Source of the DNA: Promethearchaeota archaeon
GTDB taxonomy: Archaea > Asgardarchaeota > Lokiarchaeia > Sigyniarchaeales > SOKP01
Reading direction: 5' to 3'
Assembly (NCBI GenBank): GCA_030599585.1
Contig: JAUVNS010000003.1
Span: forward strand, 64,001-128,000
DNA: 64,000 nucleotides
Each line of letters begins with the position of its first letter. Within the stretch, counting starts at the first letter, position 1. Shown piece by piece: positions 20,256 through 30,677 of the stretch. The notes under the pieces were generated by a model. It had not been told where the DNA came from. It saw nothing but the letters and a program-made list of their open reading frames with translations, and made no database searches. A program made the translations under genes and the position numbers.

Positions 20256-21677
20256 TTATTTTTTTGCACCGATAATCTTTTCAATTATTAAAACGATAAT
20301 TACAATGAAAGCTATCGGTGGGAAGATTAGGAGAAATAATCTAAAGACTAAAGAATCTGCTATATCTTCTGCAAATACAAACAATAAGCCATCAATAAAA
20401 GTACTAATTAAAGAGAGACAAGTAAATATGAATAAAATATTATTTATTTTATTATTACTTATTTCCTGTAATCTTTCTTTACCTCTGTCATGTAAGTATT
20501 CAAAAACATCTAATTTATCAATGAAGAATTTTTCCATTTCATTGTTCCGCCAACTATCTGAAGATTTATTATAAATAAAATGAGCAAATGGTGCAAGATT
20601 CTGTAAATAATTGGACTTATTTATAGAGTATAATTCCATTTCCATTCTTAATTTGTTTATCCATTGCACGGTTTTCCTAACACGCCGCTTTTGTAAACCT
20701 TGATACGACGCAAGTTGGTTTAAGCGTTTATAGAGAATCTCGTTAAATACTTGAAGTGTACGATATTCAATTTCTAAATATCTTAATATTTCTTTAGCAT
20801 AATTGAACTCTTTAGCATTTAAATCGGCCCATAAGCTATTTCCCCATCCAACATGGACAAAACCCTTTGTACCTTTAGCAAAATTAATCGAACCCTCAGG
20901 ATGGCTGACTTCAATAACACTGCTCATAATACCATCGATTGGTAAGATCTCATCAGAATTAGTTTTATTTCTGACAAGTACTATGTGCCCCCATAAGGGA
21001 ATATCTGATTTTTGAGTATTAAATAATTCTTCATATGTAAGTAAAGGAGTATCAATATTGAGCTCCGTTAAAACCTCTTGAGATGCCTTAAAAACATTTT
21101 TACCAATCATTTCAGTGTCTTTCAATAAATCTGGAAATTGTATAACACTATCCAATAAATCAGCCATGATATCTCTTGGTTCTTTTTCTTCAATGTCTAA
21201 AAATTCTCGCTTGAATTTTAGTTCTACTTTACAATAGATCATTCCGATCCCGTACTCATGAAAACTCATTGTTTGAAAAATAAGTGTAGGAGGAGCACTA
21301 AATATATCTACTCCGATTACATCTAATGGTAAATTATATTTTAGATTAGCTTGAATTGTAATTATACTTTTATCTCTTTGAGTAGCCCCACTTCCACCCG
21401 TGCCTTTAAACAGAAGATCATCAATTTCACCTTGAGTTAATTGTTCATCTTTTTTTAACCAGCTCTTAATACTTTGAGAATAATCTGGATCGTTTTTAAA
21501 TTTCTCAATTATTATTTGGTTTGGATAAATTTTATCTAGTCTTAAGTAGAGATGTTTTCTTGTTTTTTCGTATTTTCCAATTAGAGATGAATAATCTAAT
21601 GTTGTTCTTGAATTGAAAGGAGCAATGACAAAAAATGCATATTTTGATTTATCTATTCTTTCCATTTTTTTCCCCAT
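20256..21677 (-). CDS. Hypothetical protein with CorA-like topology (soluble domain, long helix, two C-terminal TM helices)
   Basis: Long helix ending ISNNKINNILFIFTCLSLIS, then a second TM helix and a basic tail; no GMN motif. Confidence 0.55.
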   Translation of the reverse strand: MGKKMERIDKSKYAFFVIAPFNSRTTLDYSSLIGKYEKTRKHLYLRLDKIYPNQIIIEKFKNDPDYSQSIKSWLKKDEQLTQGEIDDLLFKGTGGSGATQRDKSIITIQANLKYNLPLDVIGVDIFSAPPTLIFQTMSFHEYGIGMIYCKVELKFKREFLDIEEKEPRDIMADLLDSVIQFPDLLKDTEMIGKNVFKASQEVLTELNIDTPLLTYEELFNTQKSDIPLWGHIVLVRNKTNSDEILPIDGIMSSVIEVSHPEGSINFAKGTKGFVHVGWGNSLWADLNAKEFNYAKEILRYLEIEYRTLQVFNEILYKRLNQLASYQGLQKRRVRKTVQWINKLRMEMELYSINKSNYLQNLAPFAHFIYNKSSDSWRNNEMEKFFIDKLDVFEYLHDRGKERLQEISNNKINNILFIFTCLSLISTFIDGLLFVFAEDIADSLVFRLFLLIFPPIAFIVIIVLIIEKIIGAKK

Positions 21678-21831
21678 TATAGAAATGTATTCAAAATTAA
21701 TTACTAATAATTATATTTCCGATTACTAAAAGGTTATGGGATAGTAGATTCACTATAATAAAAAGGTTAGAAATTAAAATATTATAAAAATGTTCACCCG
21801 ACTGAATTTCCAAGTAAATTTCTCAATTTAT

Positions 21832-23874
21832 TTAGTTAAAAGTTAATTTTTTTGTGAGTAAATCTTTTTTATTCGAAGAAGCTCCGATGTAAATAGTGTA
21901 TGTAATATTTTCAACCTCCCATGCGTTATTTTCAGGATTATACCAAGCAAAATCTTTTTTCCATACATCAATGGACACAGTCTTTGTTTCCTTAGGTTTC
22001 AACGCTACTCGTTTAAAACCGCGTAAGAGTTTTATAGGGCGATCCACGCTAGAATTCTCAAAACCTACATATAACTGTACAATCTCTTCCCCAGCAATAG
22101 CTCCGATATTAGAAACATCCACGCTAACAATAATTTTTTCCTCGGTTGATTCTACTCGGATATTTTCATATTTGTATTCAGTATAACTCAATCCAAATCC
22201 AAAAGGAAATGCGGGTTCGATATCTTCTTTTTCCATCAAAGTGTATCCATGATAATAACCATATTCAATCTCATCAATATCTATCTTGAAATAAGGTAAA
22301 TGGGCTTGATCTTTAGGAATTGTAAATGGTAGTTTTCCGCTTGGATTGACTTTGCCGAAAAGAATGTTTGCTAATGCGTTTCCTCCTTCCATTCCGGAAT
22401 ACCAAGCCATTAGTATTGAAGGAACTTTTTCTTTCCACTCTTCCATAAGGATCGCGCTCCCTCCAACTAACACAACGACACATTTTTTGTTGACTTTTGC
22501 GACAGCATTGATTAGTTTAATGTCATCCTCTTTTAATCCAAGGATCGTTCGGTCTCCCAATCCTTTCGAAATATGAGGGATATATTCTCCCTCATCCTTA
22601 GATGTATAACCAACAATTAAAACGACAGAATCCACGCTTTGGGCAATCTGTTGAGCCGTATCAATATCTTTACCTTCGTTATGAATTACTTTTACTTTAT
22701 TCCCAACTCTTTTTTTTATCCCTTGGAGGTGAGTAATAATATTTTTTTGGCGAACATGGCTACTTCCATGATCCCCTGTATTTTTCTTATCAATTAAAGG
22801 TCCTAATACTGCTAAAGTTCCTATTTCATCACTATTGAAAGGTAAAAGTTTGTTTTGATTTTTGAGTAGGACCATGCTCTTTTCAGCTACTTCGCGAGAT
22901 AGCAAAACGTGATCATTGCATCCAATTACACCTGAGTCATAATTTTGAGTATCTTTTTTTGTAGTGAATTTTAGTGTCGTTCGTAGTATTCTTCTTACGG
23001 AATCGTCTATGAGGTTTAGAGGAACTTTTCCTAACCTTACTGCTTTTTCTAACTTTCTTCCATAATGTTTAGCACGGGGCATTTCAACATCTAAACCTCC
23101 CGAGATGCCCTTAATAGTATCTCTAAGGCCATTCATCCAATCTGAATGGACAAAACCGTCAAATTCCCATTCGCCCTTTAAAATATCTCTTAATAAATAT
23201 GAGTTGTGACCACAATATTCACCACGGACTTTGTTATAAGCCGACATGACAGTTGCACACCCGTCTTCAATACAACGTTTAAAATGAGGTAAATAAACTT
23301 CTCTTAATGTCCTTTCACTTATCTGGACATTTACTTTAAAACGTGAATATTCTATGCTGTTTGCTGCATAATGTTTAGCAGTAGCCATTACATTGTGCTT
23401 TTGAACTCCACGAATTACCGCAGCTCCAAATTCGCCAATGTGAAATGGATCTTCTCCGAATGTTTCTTGAGCTCTCCCCCAAGCGGGATGGCGTAAAAGA
23501 TTTATGCAAACGCCTCCAAAAAGATTAGCGCCTTGAGCACGGGCTTCCTTCCCAATAACTTCGCCTATTTTTTCTTCAAGCAATATGTCCCATGACGCAC
23601 CTCGAGCCATTGGTACTGGAAAACAGGTAGATCCTGGCATACTGACTCCCTTTGGTCCATCAGTAAATAAAAATGGAGGAATATTTAAACGCTTAACGCC
23701 TCCACCTGGATATGCCCGGACTCCAAACTTATGATCTTTTAATAAAAGCAAATAAAAATTGTTTCCTGACATAGTTGCAACTTTTTCTTTTAGCGTCATT
23801 ATGTCTAATGCTTTATTGACAGCAACATCAATTTTATCATCCGTCATCCCTTTTCTAATATCTAACTTATCCAA
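21832..23874 (-). CDS. Glycoside hydrolase family 3 (beta-glucosidase-like)
   Basis: TDGPKG, GRAQETFGEDP, AKHYAAN, MSAYN, HSDW (nucleophile Asp), NPSGKLPFT, FGFGLSYT and an Fn3-like C-terminus; TTG start. Confidence 0.95.
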   Translation of the reverse strand: MDKLDIRKGMTDDKIDVAVNKALDIMTLKEKVATMSGNNFYLLLLKDHKFGVRAYPGGGVKRLNIPPFLFTDGPKGVSMPGSTCFPVPMARGASWDILLEEKIGEVIGKEARAQGANLFGGVCINLLRHPAWGRAQETFGEDPFHIGEFGAAVIRGVQKHNVMATAKHYAANSIEYSRFKVNVQISERTLREVYLPHFKRCIEDGCATVMSAYNKVRGEYCGHNSYLLRDILKGEWEFDGFVHSDWMNGLRDTIKGISGGLDVEMPRAKHYGRKLEKAVRLGKVPLNLIDDSVRRILRTTLKFTTKKDTQNYDSGVIGCNDHVLLSREVAEKSMVLLKNQNKLLPFNSDEIGTLAVLGPLIDKKNTGDHGSSHVRQKNIITHLQGIKKRVGNKVKVIHNEGKDIDTAQQIAQSVDSVVLIVGYTSKDEGEYIPHISKGLGDRTILGLKEDDIKLINAVAKVNKKCVVVLVGGSAILMEEWKEKVPSILMAWYSGMEGGNALANILFGKVNPSGKLPFTIPKDQAHLPYFKIDIDEIEYGYYHGYTLMEKEDIEPAFPFGFGLSYTEYKYENIRVESTEEKIIVSVDVSNIGAIAGEEIVQLYVGFENSSVDRPIKLLRGFKRVALKPKETKTVSIDVWKKDFAWYNPENNAWEVENITYTIYIGASSNKKDLLTKKLTFN

Positions 23875-23944
23875 AAAATCACACCTAAAATTTCAAATGA
23901 TTATAACTTTAATAATTATCATTAAGAATTACTATTTTAATAAC

Positions 23945-25399
23945 TCAATAGAAGAATTTCCATTCATTTCTATCTAAACTAGCGATTAAATTTAAGACAA
24001 GTTTTGCTAAATCGGCATCTCTCTTCATAAGTTCCTTCATTTCCAACATTAGGCTTTCCTCTCCGAACTTAAGAATCGAAAAAGCTGCAAGTTTTTTTAG
24101 ATTTTTATCCTCGAAACTCTGGAGATTTTCTAAGCAAATATTTACTAGTTCTTCGACTTGTAAATCAATAGTCACCTTGAGGATCATCTCTTTCTTTTTC
24201 ATAAGAGCATTTTTTTCATCGGAGGTTTTGGTTGTAGCAAGTTTTAGAATTTTTATGAATTCATTTTTAACATCGTGCCATTGTTCAAGCATTTCTTGGT
24301 TATCATTGAGAGACTCCCGAATAAATTCCAATGACCACTTATCCCCCTCATTTAGTAAATTCACGATCAATTCTTGGTCGATGAGATTTGATTCTTGCAT
24401 GTCATTAATGAGACTTCCATCAACGATCTGAAAATTTCTTACGTTTTCAATGATTATCTTCTCCCAATTCTCAATTTTATCCTTTAGTACCAAAATTGCC
24501 TTTAAAATTTCTGCTATGAAATTAGGATTTTTACTTTCCTCCAATTTTTTTAAGATAATTGATACTAACTTGTCGTTATTGTAATATCTCTTCGCAATGA
24601 GATATAATGAACCATATGGATATCTTAAAGAATTTATAAATTCGAGAGTTTCTTCTTCAAGTGAAAGTCCTAATATCGCACCAACCCTAAATATATTTTC
24701 TTGAAGTAATTTTACATTTTTTAAGAATTCTTGGTCTGTAATCTTGTCTTCATTTATTTGAGTTAGGTAGGATTTAAAGAGACTTGTAACTTCATTTAAT
24801 TTGATAACATCTCCTTCTTGAGAAAGGTTTTCGAACGATTTAACCATTTGATTTTTGAGATGAAAGTCCCTTATGCTTGTGTTATTAGAGAGTCTTAAAA
24901 TTAACGATTCTACATCTGGGGCAGCAGTTTTAGAAACTACATTTTCAATCAAATCAGAAACCACATCGTCTGTCACTTTATCAAAAGATAGACAATACTC
25001 AAAAGCGGGTTTGAAGCTTAACCTTTTGTTTAATTCACATATCCTTCTAACATGGTGTTCACGTAATGAGGTTCGAAGTTCAATTGAATCACCATAATAG
25101 CTAATTTCTCTACTATCATTTAAAAGGTCTAATATTATCTTCTGAATTTTTGTTATTCTCTCCTCTTCATATACCGAAGTTTCCTCCAAAATATGATGCA
25201 AACCTAGAAAACTCCACGCTCTTAAAACTACTTCGTTAGTATTAAAAAGCTCGAACAATAGATTGAAATCTTTTCTGTTAACTAGAGGCTTGAAGATATT
25301 TTTATAGGTCGATGTTAAATTTGCTTTTGGACTTTGTTCAACTGGGGAATATCCCTTCCTCAATTTATCAATAATTCTTTGGTTGAATGAACTACTCAT
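23945..25399 (-). CDS. Hypothetical alpha-solenoid (HEAT/ARM-like) protein
   Basis: 484-aa Leu/Ile-rich helical ORF; NEVVLRAWSFLGL and DKNLKKLAAFSILKFG look HEAT-like. Confidence 0.55.
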   Translation of the reverse strand: MSSSFNQRIIDKLRKGYSPVEQSPKANLTSTYKNIFKPLVNRKDFNLLFELFNTNEVVLRAWSFLGLHHILEETSVYEEERITKIQKIILDLLNDSREISYYGDSIELRTSLREHHVRRICELNKRLSFKPAFEYCLSFDKVTDDVVSDLIENVVSKTAAPDVESLILRLSNNTSIRDFHLKNQMVKSFENLSQEGDVIKLNEVTSLFKSYLTQINEDKITDQEFLKNVKLLQENIFRVGAILGLSLEEETLEFINSLRYPYGSLYLIAKRYYNNDKLVSIILKKLEESKNPNFIAEILKAILVLKDKIENWEKIIIENVRNFQIVDGSLINDMQESNLIDQELIVNLLNEGDKWSLEFIRESLNDNQEMLEQWHDVKNEFIKILKLATTKTSDEKNALMKKKEMILKVTIDLQVEELVNICLENLQSFEDKNLKKLAAFSILKFGEESLMLEMKELMKRDADLAKLVLNLIASLDRNEWKFFY

Positions 25400-25554
25400 A
25401 TGGCTTCAATATTTGGAATTTACTTCTATTTTAATTAAATTTTCTACTCAAAGAAAATATAATTATAATTTTAATACTTAACATACCGAATTTTTATTTA
25501 ACATTGTGATTTTAGACTAAATAGCTCTGTTTTAAATAAAAAGTATTGATAAAA

Positions 25555-26805
25555 ATGTTTGATAATAATTACATGTATAAATTTATTGAAGATATTTGTA
25601 ATGACATTGGTCCTCGGGAATCAGGAACAGAACAGGAAATATTAGCGGGCAACAAAATAGAATTAGAATTGAAAAAATTTTGCGATGAAACGCACCAAGA
25701 ATCATACATCAGTAGTCCTCACGCTTTTTTGGGAGGAATAAGGTACGGAGCACTTATTGTATTTATTGCTGGGGTCTTTTTTTGGGTATCGTTGTTAGGT
25801 GATCTTAGTGTCATTAATCTAAATCCCGTATTTGATATCTTTTTCCTAGTCTTAGCAGTAATTCTTATCGGAGTTACGATAAGCTATTTTATTCTTGAAG
25901 TGATGAAATATCACGAAACTTTTGACTTTCTCTTTCCTAAACGCGAATCAAATAACGTAATTGGAACTATCAATCCAAAGAATGAAGTGAAAAACACAGT
26001 TATTTTCTCTGCCCATCACGATTCAGCATTCGAATTTAATACCTTTTACTATTTGAAGCGATTTGGACAACTTATAATTAATATAGGATATTTAGGGGTT
26101 GCAATCATTTTCGTTGCTATAATACTAAAGTTGATCTTCTTCGTATTAGGGATTGCTCAACCCATTCTCTTTATGGTTTTTGGAATTATTTTTATTTTTT
26201 TCATTCCTATCATTTTAGTTTATGTTTTTTTCCATAGCTATAAACCTGTGCTCGGTGCGTTCGACAACCTTTCTGCGGTTGCTATCCTATTAGGAATCGC
26301 AAAATTCTTGTCAGAGAATAAAACTAACAGCGAAATATTCCCAAAATACACTAGAGTTCACTTAATTTCTTTCGCTGGTGAAGAAGCCGGTTTAAGAGGC
26401 GCTAAACGATATTTAAAAGCACACTATGACGAATTGGTATCAAATCAAACTACAATTGTTAATATGGATAGTATAGCTAAAAAAGATTTCATCGTAATCC
26501 ATAATAAAGAATCAGGGATAGGTGCTAAACACGATCCACTAGTATTTGAACCCCTCTTAGATATAGCTGAGAACTTGAATCTTAACCCAAAAATATTAGC
26601 GCTCCCGTTTGGCGCAACTGATGGAGCAGTCTTTAGCATGAAGAATATTCCTGCTGCCTCAATAGGTGGATTAAATTTAAAAGAAGAACTAGCGCCTTAC
26701 TATCATACTAGAAACGATACTCCTGCTGTGATTGAAAAAGAAGCGCTAGGTCAATTTGCTCAAGTTTGTGTCGAGTATCTAAAGCTCATAGACAGCAAAA
26801 GCTAA
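25555..26805 (+). CDS. Membrane-embedded M28-family aminopeptidase
   Basis: GPRESGT, SAHHDS, GAFDNLS, AGEEAGLRG, NMDS, YHTRND, with interleaved TM helices. Confidence 0.88.
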   Translation: MFDNNYMYKFIEDICNDIGPRESGTEQEILAGNKIELELKKFCDETHQESYISSPHAFLGGIRYGALIVFIAGVFFWVSLLGDLSVINLNPVFDIFFLVLAVILIGVTISYFILEVMKYHETFDFLFPKRESNNVIGTINPKNEVKNTVIFSAHHDSAFEFNTFYYLKRFGQLIINIGYLGVAIIFVAIILKLIFFVLGIAQPILFMVFGIIFIFFIPIILVYVFFHSYKPVLGAFDNLSAVAILLGIAKFLSENKTNSEIFPKYTRVHLISFAGEEAGLRGAKRYLKAHYDELVSNQTTIVNMDSIAKKDFIVIHNKESGIGAKHDPLVFEPLLDIAENLNLNPKILALPFGATDGAVFSMKNIPAASIGGLNLKEELAPYYHTRNDTPAVIEKEALGQFAQVCVEYLKLIDSKS

Positions 26806-26842
26806 TTCAATTTTAATTTCATTTCTACTTTATTTTTATTTT

Positions 26843-27241
26843 TTAATAGAGGAAAATTAATTTACGAATATAATCTTCCATTTTTTCCAAGATCACATTA
26901 AAATTAGATTGGTAATCTAAATCAAAGACTAAGAAAGTTTTCTCGTCACATTCAGTAATAACAATAGTCTGAGTTCCTAACTCTGCGATTATTTTAGTTG
27001 CTTTTCTATCTCCCATTGTACGGCCTAGACTAATTGCACTTTCTAAGACCGATGCGCACATAGATGTAAAGTTATTAAAATCAATTTCTTCTTTAAAATT
27101 TTCCGCAATAAGACCTCCGTCGCGGTATGCGAATAATACACCTAATAGGTTTCCATTATCTTTAATTAAGTTCATAATTTGCGTTAATTTTTTAACTTTT
27201 TCAGTTTTTGGAAGTTCTAACCCATCCATATTTAACTTCAT
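26843..27241 (-). CDS. Roadblock/LC7 domain protein
   Basis: LLGVLFAYRDGGLIAEN...FTSMCASVLESA pattern; 132 aa. Confidence 0.8.
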   Translation of the reverse strand: MKLNMDGLELPKTEKVKKLTQIMNLIKDNGNLLGVLFAYRDGGLIAENFKEEIDFNNFTSMCASVLESAISLGRTMGDRKATKIIAELGTQTIVITECDEKTFLVFDLDYQSNFNVILEKMEDYIRKLIFLY

Positions 27242-27293
27242 ACTCAGTTTTCAATAGATAATTTAATTAATGAGACTTAAAATTTTAATATAT

Positions 27294-28709
27294 ATGAATG
27301 ACGAAAGCTTTTCTAGCAGTAAAAATGATTTTAAGGAATTAATCCGTAGAACAAATGAAAAGTTTATTAAAAAAGATTTAATCCATTTTTTAAAAATTCC
27401 TAGTTATACTTCAAATAGAGAAGCAATTGAAGAAGCGAAAGATTTTATCACTTCGTACATTTCTAATTTTTGCGAAAAAATCATAGAAGTCGAAGGGGAA
27501 ACGAATCCATTACTGATAGCTGAAGTTGATGGAAACATCAAAGATAGGTTATTAATCTACATGATGTACGATACTCAACCCGTAAATAAAGAGAAAGAAT
27601 GGATTAAGAATCCTTTTGGAGCGGAAATTACCGATCTACCAGAACCATTAGATAGATTAGGTAAGGTTATTATTGGTAGGGGCACATACAATTCAAAAAC
27701 TCCTTTATTATGCTTTTTAAATGTAGTGAAACTTTTAAAAGAAGAAGAAAAGCTTCCAATATCATTGATGTTTTTAATAGACGGAGAAGAAGAACTAGGT
27801 TCACCTACCCTATTAAACACTCTTAAAATAAAAAAGAATATGTTTACTGCGTGCACAGATGCATATTACCCTTCTATAAAACAAGATTTAAATGGAATTT
27901 CGGTTTTAAAGCTTGGTTATAAAGGTATTTTATCTTTATCCATCAAAGCTTCATCTACCAACTCTGAGACCCATTCTGCTTTTAGTTCGATGATCCCTAA
28001 TCCTGCCCAAGATTTGATATTCGTACTTAATAGTATTTATTCTAAAAACAAGTTTAAAATTAATTCACTCAGCGCCCCTTACAATATGACAGAAAGTGAG
28101 AACATAATTATAGAGAATTTAATGGAAAGTATTGATTTAGGAATAATAAAAGAAAAAGCAGGAATTAGACAAACTCTTATAGATGATCCTAAGTTGAATT
28201 TTATTGATTACTTATTTAATCCAACTTTCAACATCTCTACTTTAAAATCTGGTTATTTGGAAAATGGAGTAAAAAATATGGTAGCTAACAAGGCAGAGTG
28301 TAATATTGATATTAGATTTGCCCACGATGTGTCAGTAAATTTGATTTTTGAAGAAATTAAAAAGAAAGTTAACGATTTAACGAGAAATTTAAAATCCAGC
28401 TTTGAAATTGTTCAAAATATGGGCTATGACCGATCAAAAGTTAGAGAAAATTCAATTTTAGTAAAAAGTCTTGTAGATAGTTTTAAAGAGCTTGGATTTA
28501 CCACCCAAATTTGGCCGATTAGCGCAGCGGCAGCTCCACTAAGTCAGATACAAAGCCAATTGGGATTGAACTTCATTGTTGGTGGTTTAGGTATTGGAGG
28601 ATATGCACATGCTCCAAACGAATTCGTTCAATTAAATTCGATTCAAAATACGAGACTTTCAAATTATTTTTTTCTAAAAAATTATGCTGATCTTTATAGT
28701 GAGGTGTAA
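27294..28709 (+). CDS. M20/DapE-like dipeptidase with an altered metal site
   Basis: YMMYDTQP, GRGTYNSK, GEEELGS, AHAPNE; in-frame ATG at 27294. Confidence 0.8.
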   Translation: MNDESFSSSKNDFKELIRRTNEKFIKKDLIHFLKIPSYTSNREAIEEAKDFITSYISNFCEKIIEVEGETNPLLIAEVDGNIKDRLLIYMMYDTQPVNKEKEWIKNPFGAEITDLPEPLDRLGKVIIGRGTYNSKTPLLCFLNVVKLLKEEEKLPISLMFLIDGEEELGSPTLLNTLKIKKNMFTACTDAYYPSIKQDLNGISVLKLGYKGILSLSIKASSTNSETHSAFSSMIPNPAQDLIFVLNSIYSKNKFKINSLSAPYNMTESENIIIENLMESIDLGIIKEKAGIRQTLIDDPKLNFIDYLFNPTFNISTLKSGYLENGVKNMVANKAECNIDIRFAHDVSVNLIFEEIKKKVNDLTRNLKSSFEIVQNMGYDRSKVRENSILVKSLVDSFKELGFTTQIWPISAAAAPLSQIQSQLGLNFIVGGLGIGGYAHAPNEFVQLNSIQNTRLSNYFFLKNYADLYSEV

Positions 28710-28710
28710 T

Positions 28711-29874
28711 TTAATACGAATGAAATAGTCCACCAAATCCTCGTAATTTTGGTTTAATTGCTTCTTGAGGACACATTTCCATACAACAAAGACAAGAGAT
28801 GCATTTTCTTCTCAAAAATTCGGGATACTCTCCATTTATAAAATTAACAGCGTTTACTGGACAGACTTGTGAGCATTGCCCACATTGTATGCATAATTTT
28901 TTCTTTAGAGTAGGAATTTTTTTTGTTACTTTATAAACTATGCTCCTAGTGATGAAACTAGCAAATTTAGTCATGAATTTACCTGGGACTTTAAATTTTG
29001 GTGTAGTGTTTCTTGCTTCTTCTATAGATAATCCTAAAATTTCTATATCTTCCAGATCTCCTATACCTAAACCTCTTTCGTAAGCATTTTTTAAATGAGG
29101 AACATGTTTAAGGCCTTTAAATTTACCTATCTCTAACGCTACAACATCTAACGCTAATTCATCGGTCCCAACTAAAATTAAGTCCCATTGCTTCATAGGA
29201 CCAGAAACAGGTCCCATTGGGCCCTGCATAACTTTAACGCAATCGTAGATAATTAAGCGATTGGGTTTATTTTTTACAATCCAAGAATAGTTATCGGCAA
29301 GAGCTTCACCAAATTTATCAGGTGTTCTTCCTACTAAATGATATTTTGCTTTAAGACCACCAGGAATAACTCCCCAATAATTTTTAATCGCGCCCGTTAT
29401 TGTCGCTTCTCCATGAGTTTTTAACTTTGGTAAATTTATCAATAAATCGCAATCTTTTACAGGTTTTGATACATAATAATCTTTTAGCCTTATTGCACCA
29501 TCAATATCTTCATGAACAGGAATGTCTTGTTCAAAATTAATAAATTTGACGCCCGCTTCTTCGCAAACTTTGTATAAGCCGATTTTTTCAGCGATTACTC
29601 TAGCTGAGATCTTTATTTGACCAGGAGAATCCCCAATACGTATGTTATCATTTTCAACACCGATATTTTTTAAATATTTCAAAACAGCTTCAACGAATAT
29701 TGGTTGAGTACACGCATCTTTTGTGGCTCTCAGCAAGTTAGGTTTTAATAGAATGTTCTTACATTCACGAATATCAAAGGGAAGACTGTCAGCAATCAAT
29801 GCGATCCCCGCATTGATAGCATCAAGGATTGAATCGTAATTTTTTACGTTTACAATACTTATTTTCGTAGACAT
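28711..29874 (-). CDS. DUF362 protein with C-terminal 2x[4Fe-4S] ferredoxin domain
   Basis: LLKPN, INLPKLKTH, TGAIKN; CIQCGQCSQVCP and CISCLCCMEMCP. ATG at 29874 follows GGGGA. Confidence 0.9.
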   Translation of the reverse strand: MSTKISIVNVKNYDSILDAINAGIALIADSLPFDIRECKNILLKPNLLRATKDACTQPIFVEAVLKYLKNIGVENDNIRIGDSPGQIKISARVIAEKIGLYKVCEEAGVKFINFEQDIPVHEDIDGAIRLKDYYVSKPVKDCDLLINLPKLKTHGEATITGAIKNYWGVIPGGLKAKYHLVGRTPDKFGEALADNYSWIVKNKPNRLIIYDCVKVMQGPMGPVSGPMKQWDLILVGTDELALDVVALEIGKFKGLKHVPHLKNAYERGLGIGDLEDIEILGLSIEEARNTTPKFKVPGKFMTKFASFITRSIVYKVTKKIPTLKKKLCIQCGQCSQVCPVNAVNFINGEYPEFLRRKCISCLCCMEMCPQEAIKPKLRGFGGLFHSY

Positions 29875-30092
29875 AATATCCCCTAGAGTAAAAAATAATG
29901 GAATCAATTAAAATATAACTTTAACGACAAAATAAGAACTAATTATAACTATCTAAAACCTTATAGAATTTGACAAAATTTGTTTCGGAAACCATTAATA
30001 TTTTAATTAAGACCTTTTATTATTATTATAATTATACTTTATCATACTATTCTAACAAAATTGTATGGAAAATTGATCACTGATATTAGTCA

Positions 30093-30674
30093 ATGACGCT
30101 CGAGGAAGACCAAAACTTGGACGATGAAAAAACAGATCGAGAACCCGATGTAATGTTTAAAATTTGTTTATTCGGAGATGGTGGAGTTGGTAAAACCACA
30201 TTACTCGGTAGATATCTAACTGGTCTCTTTAAATCAAATCAGACTATTACGATAGGGGTCGATTTCCATGTTAAAAAAGTAGAAGTCAATGGTAAACTTG
30301 TTCTCCTCCAGATTTGGGATTTTGCTGGAGAAAAACGTTTTAGGTTTTTATTACCGAGCTATATTTTAGGTGCGTCAGGAGGAATTTTTATGTACGACAT
30401 AACACGGTATTCGAGCTTGAAAAATTTTCCTGAATGGATTAACATTTTTAAAAACGGTTTTATTGGAGCCAAAGATAAACCTTTACCAATAATTATGGTC
30501 GGGGGAAAATTAGATTTAAGCTTTAAACGAGCAGTTCCAACTAAGGAAGCGTTTGATTTGGCAAAAACTAATAAATTGTTTGGATACATTGAATGCTCTG
30601 CTAAAGATGGTAGAAATATCGAAGACATTTTCACAGAAATTGCTAAATTAATGCTTCAAAGGGCCGGACTATGA
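30093..30674 (+). CDS. Rab-like small GTPase
   Basis: GDGGVGKT, TIGVDF, LQIWDFAGE, RFRFL, GGKLD, ECSAK; no C-terminal Cys. Confidence 0.92.
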   Translation: MTLEEDQNLDDEKTDREPDVMFKICLFGDGGVGKTTLLGRYLTGLFKSNQTITIGVDFHVKKVEVNGKLVLLQIWDFAGEKRFRFLLPSYILGASGGIFMYDITRYSSLKNFPEWINIFKNGFIGAKDKPLPIIMVGGKLDLSFKRAVPTKEAFDLAKTNKLFGYIECSAKDGRNIEDIFTEIAKLMLQRAGL

Positions 30675-30677
30675 TGC

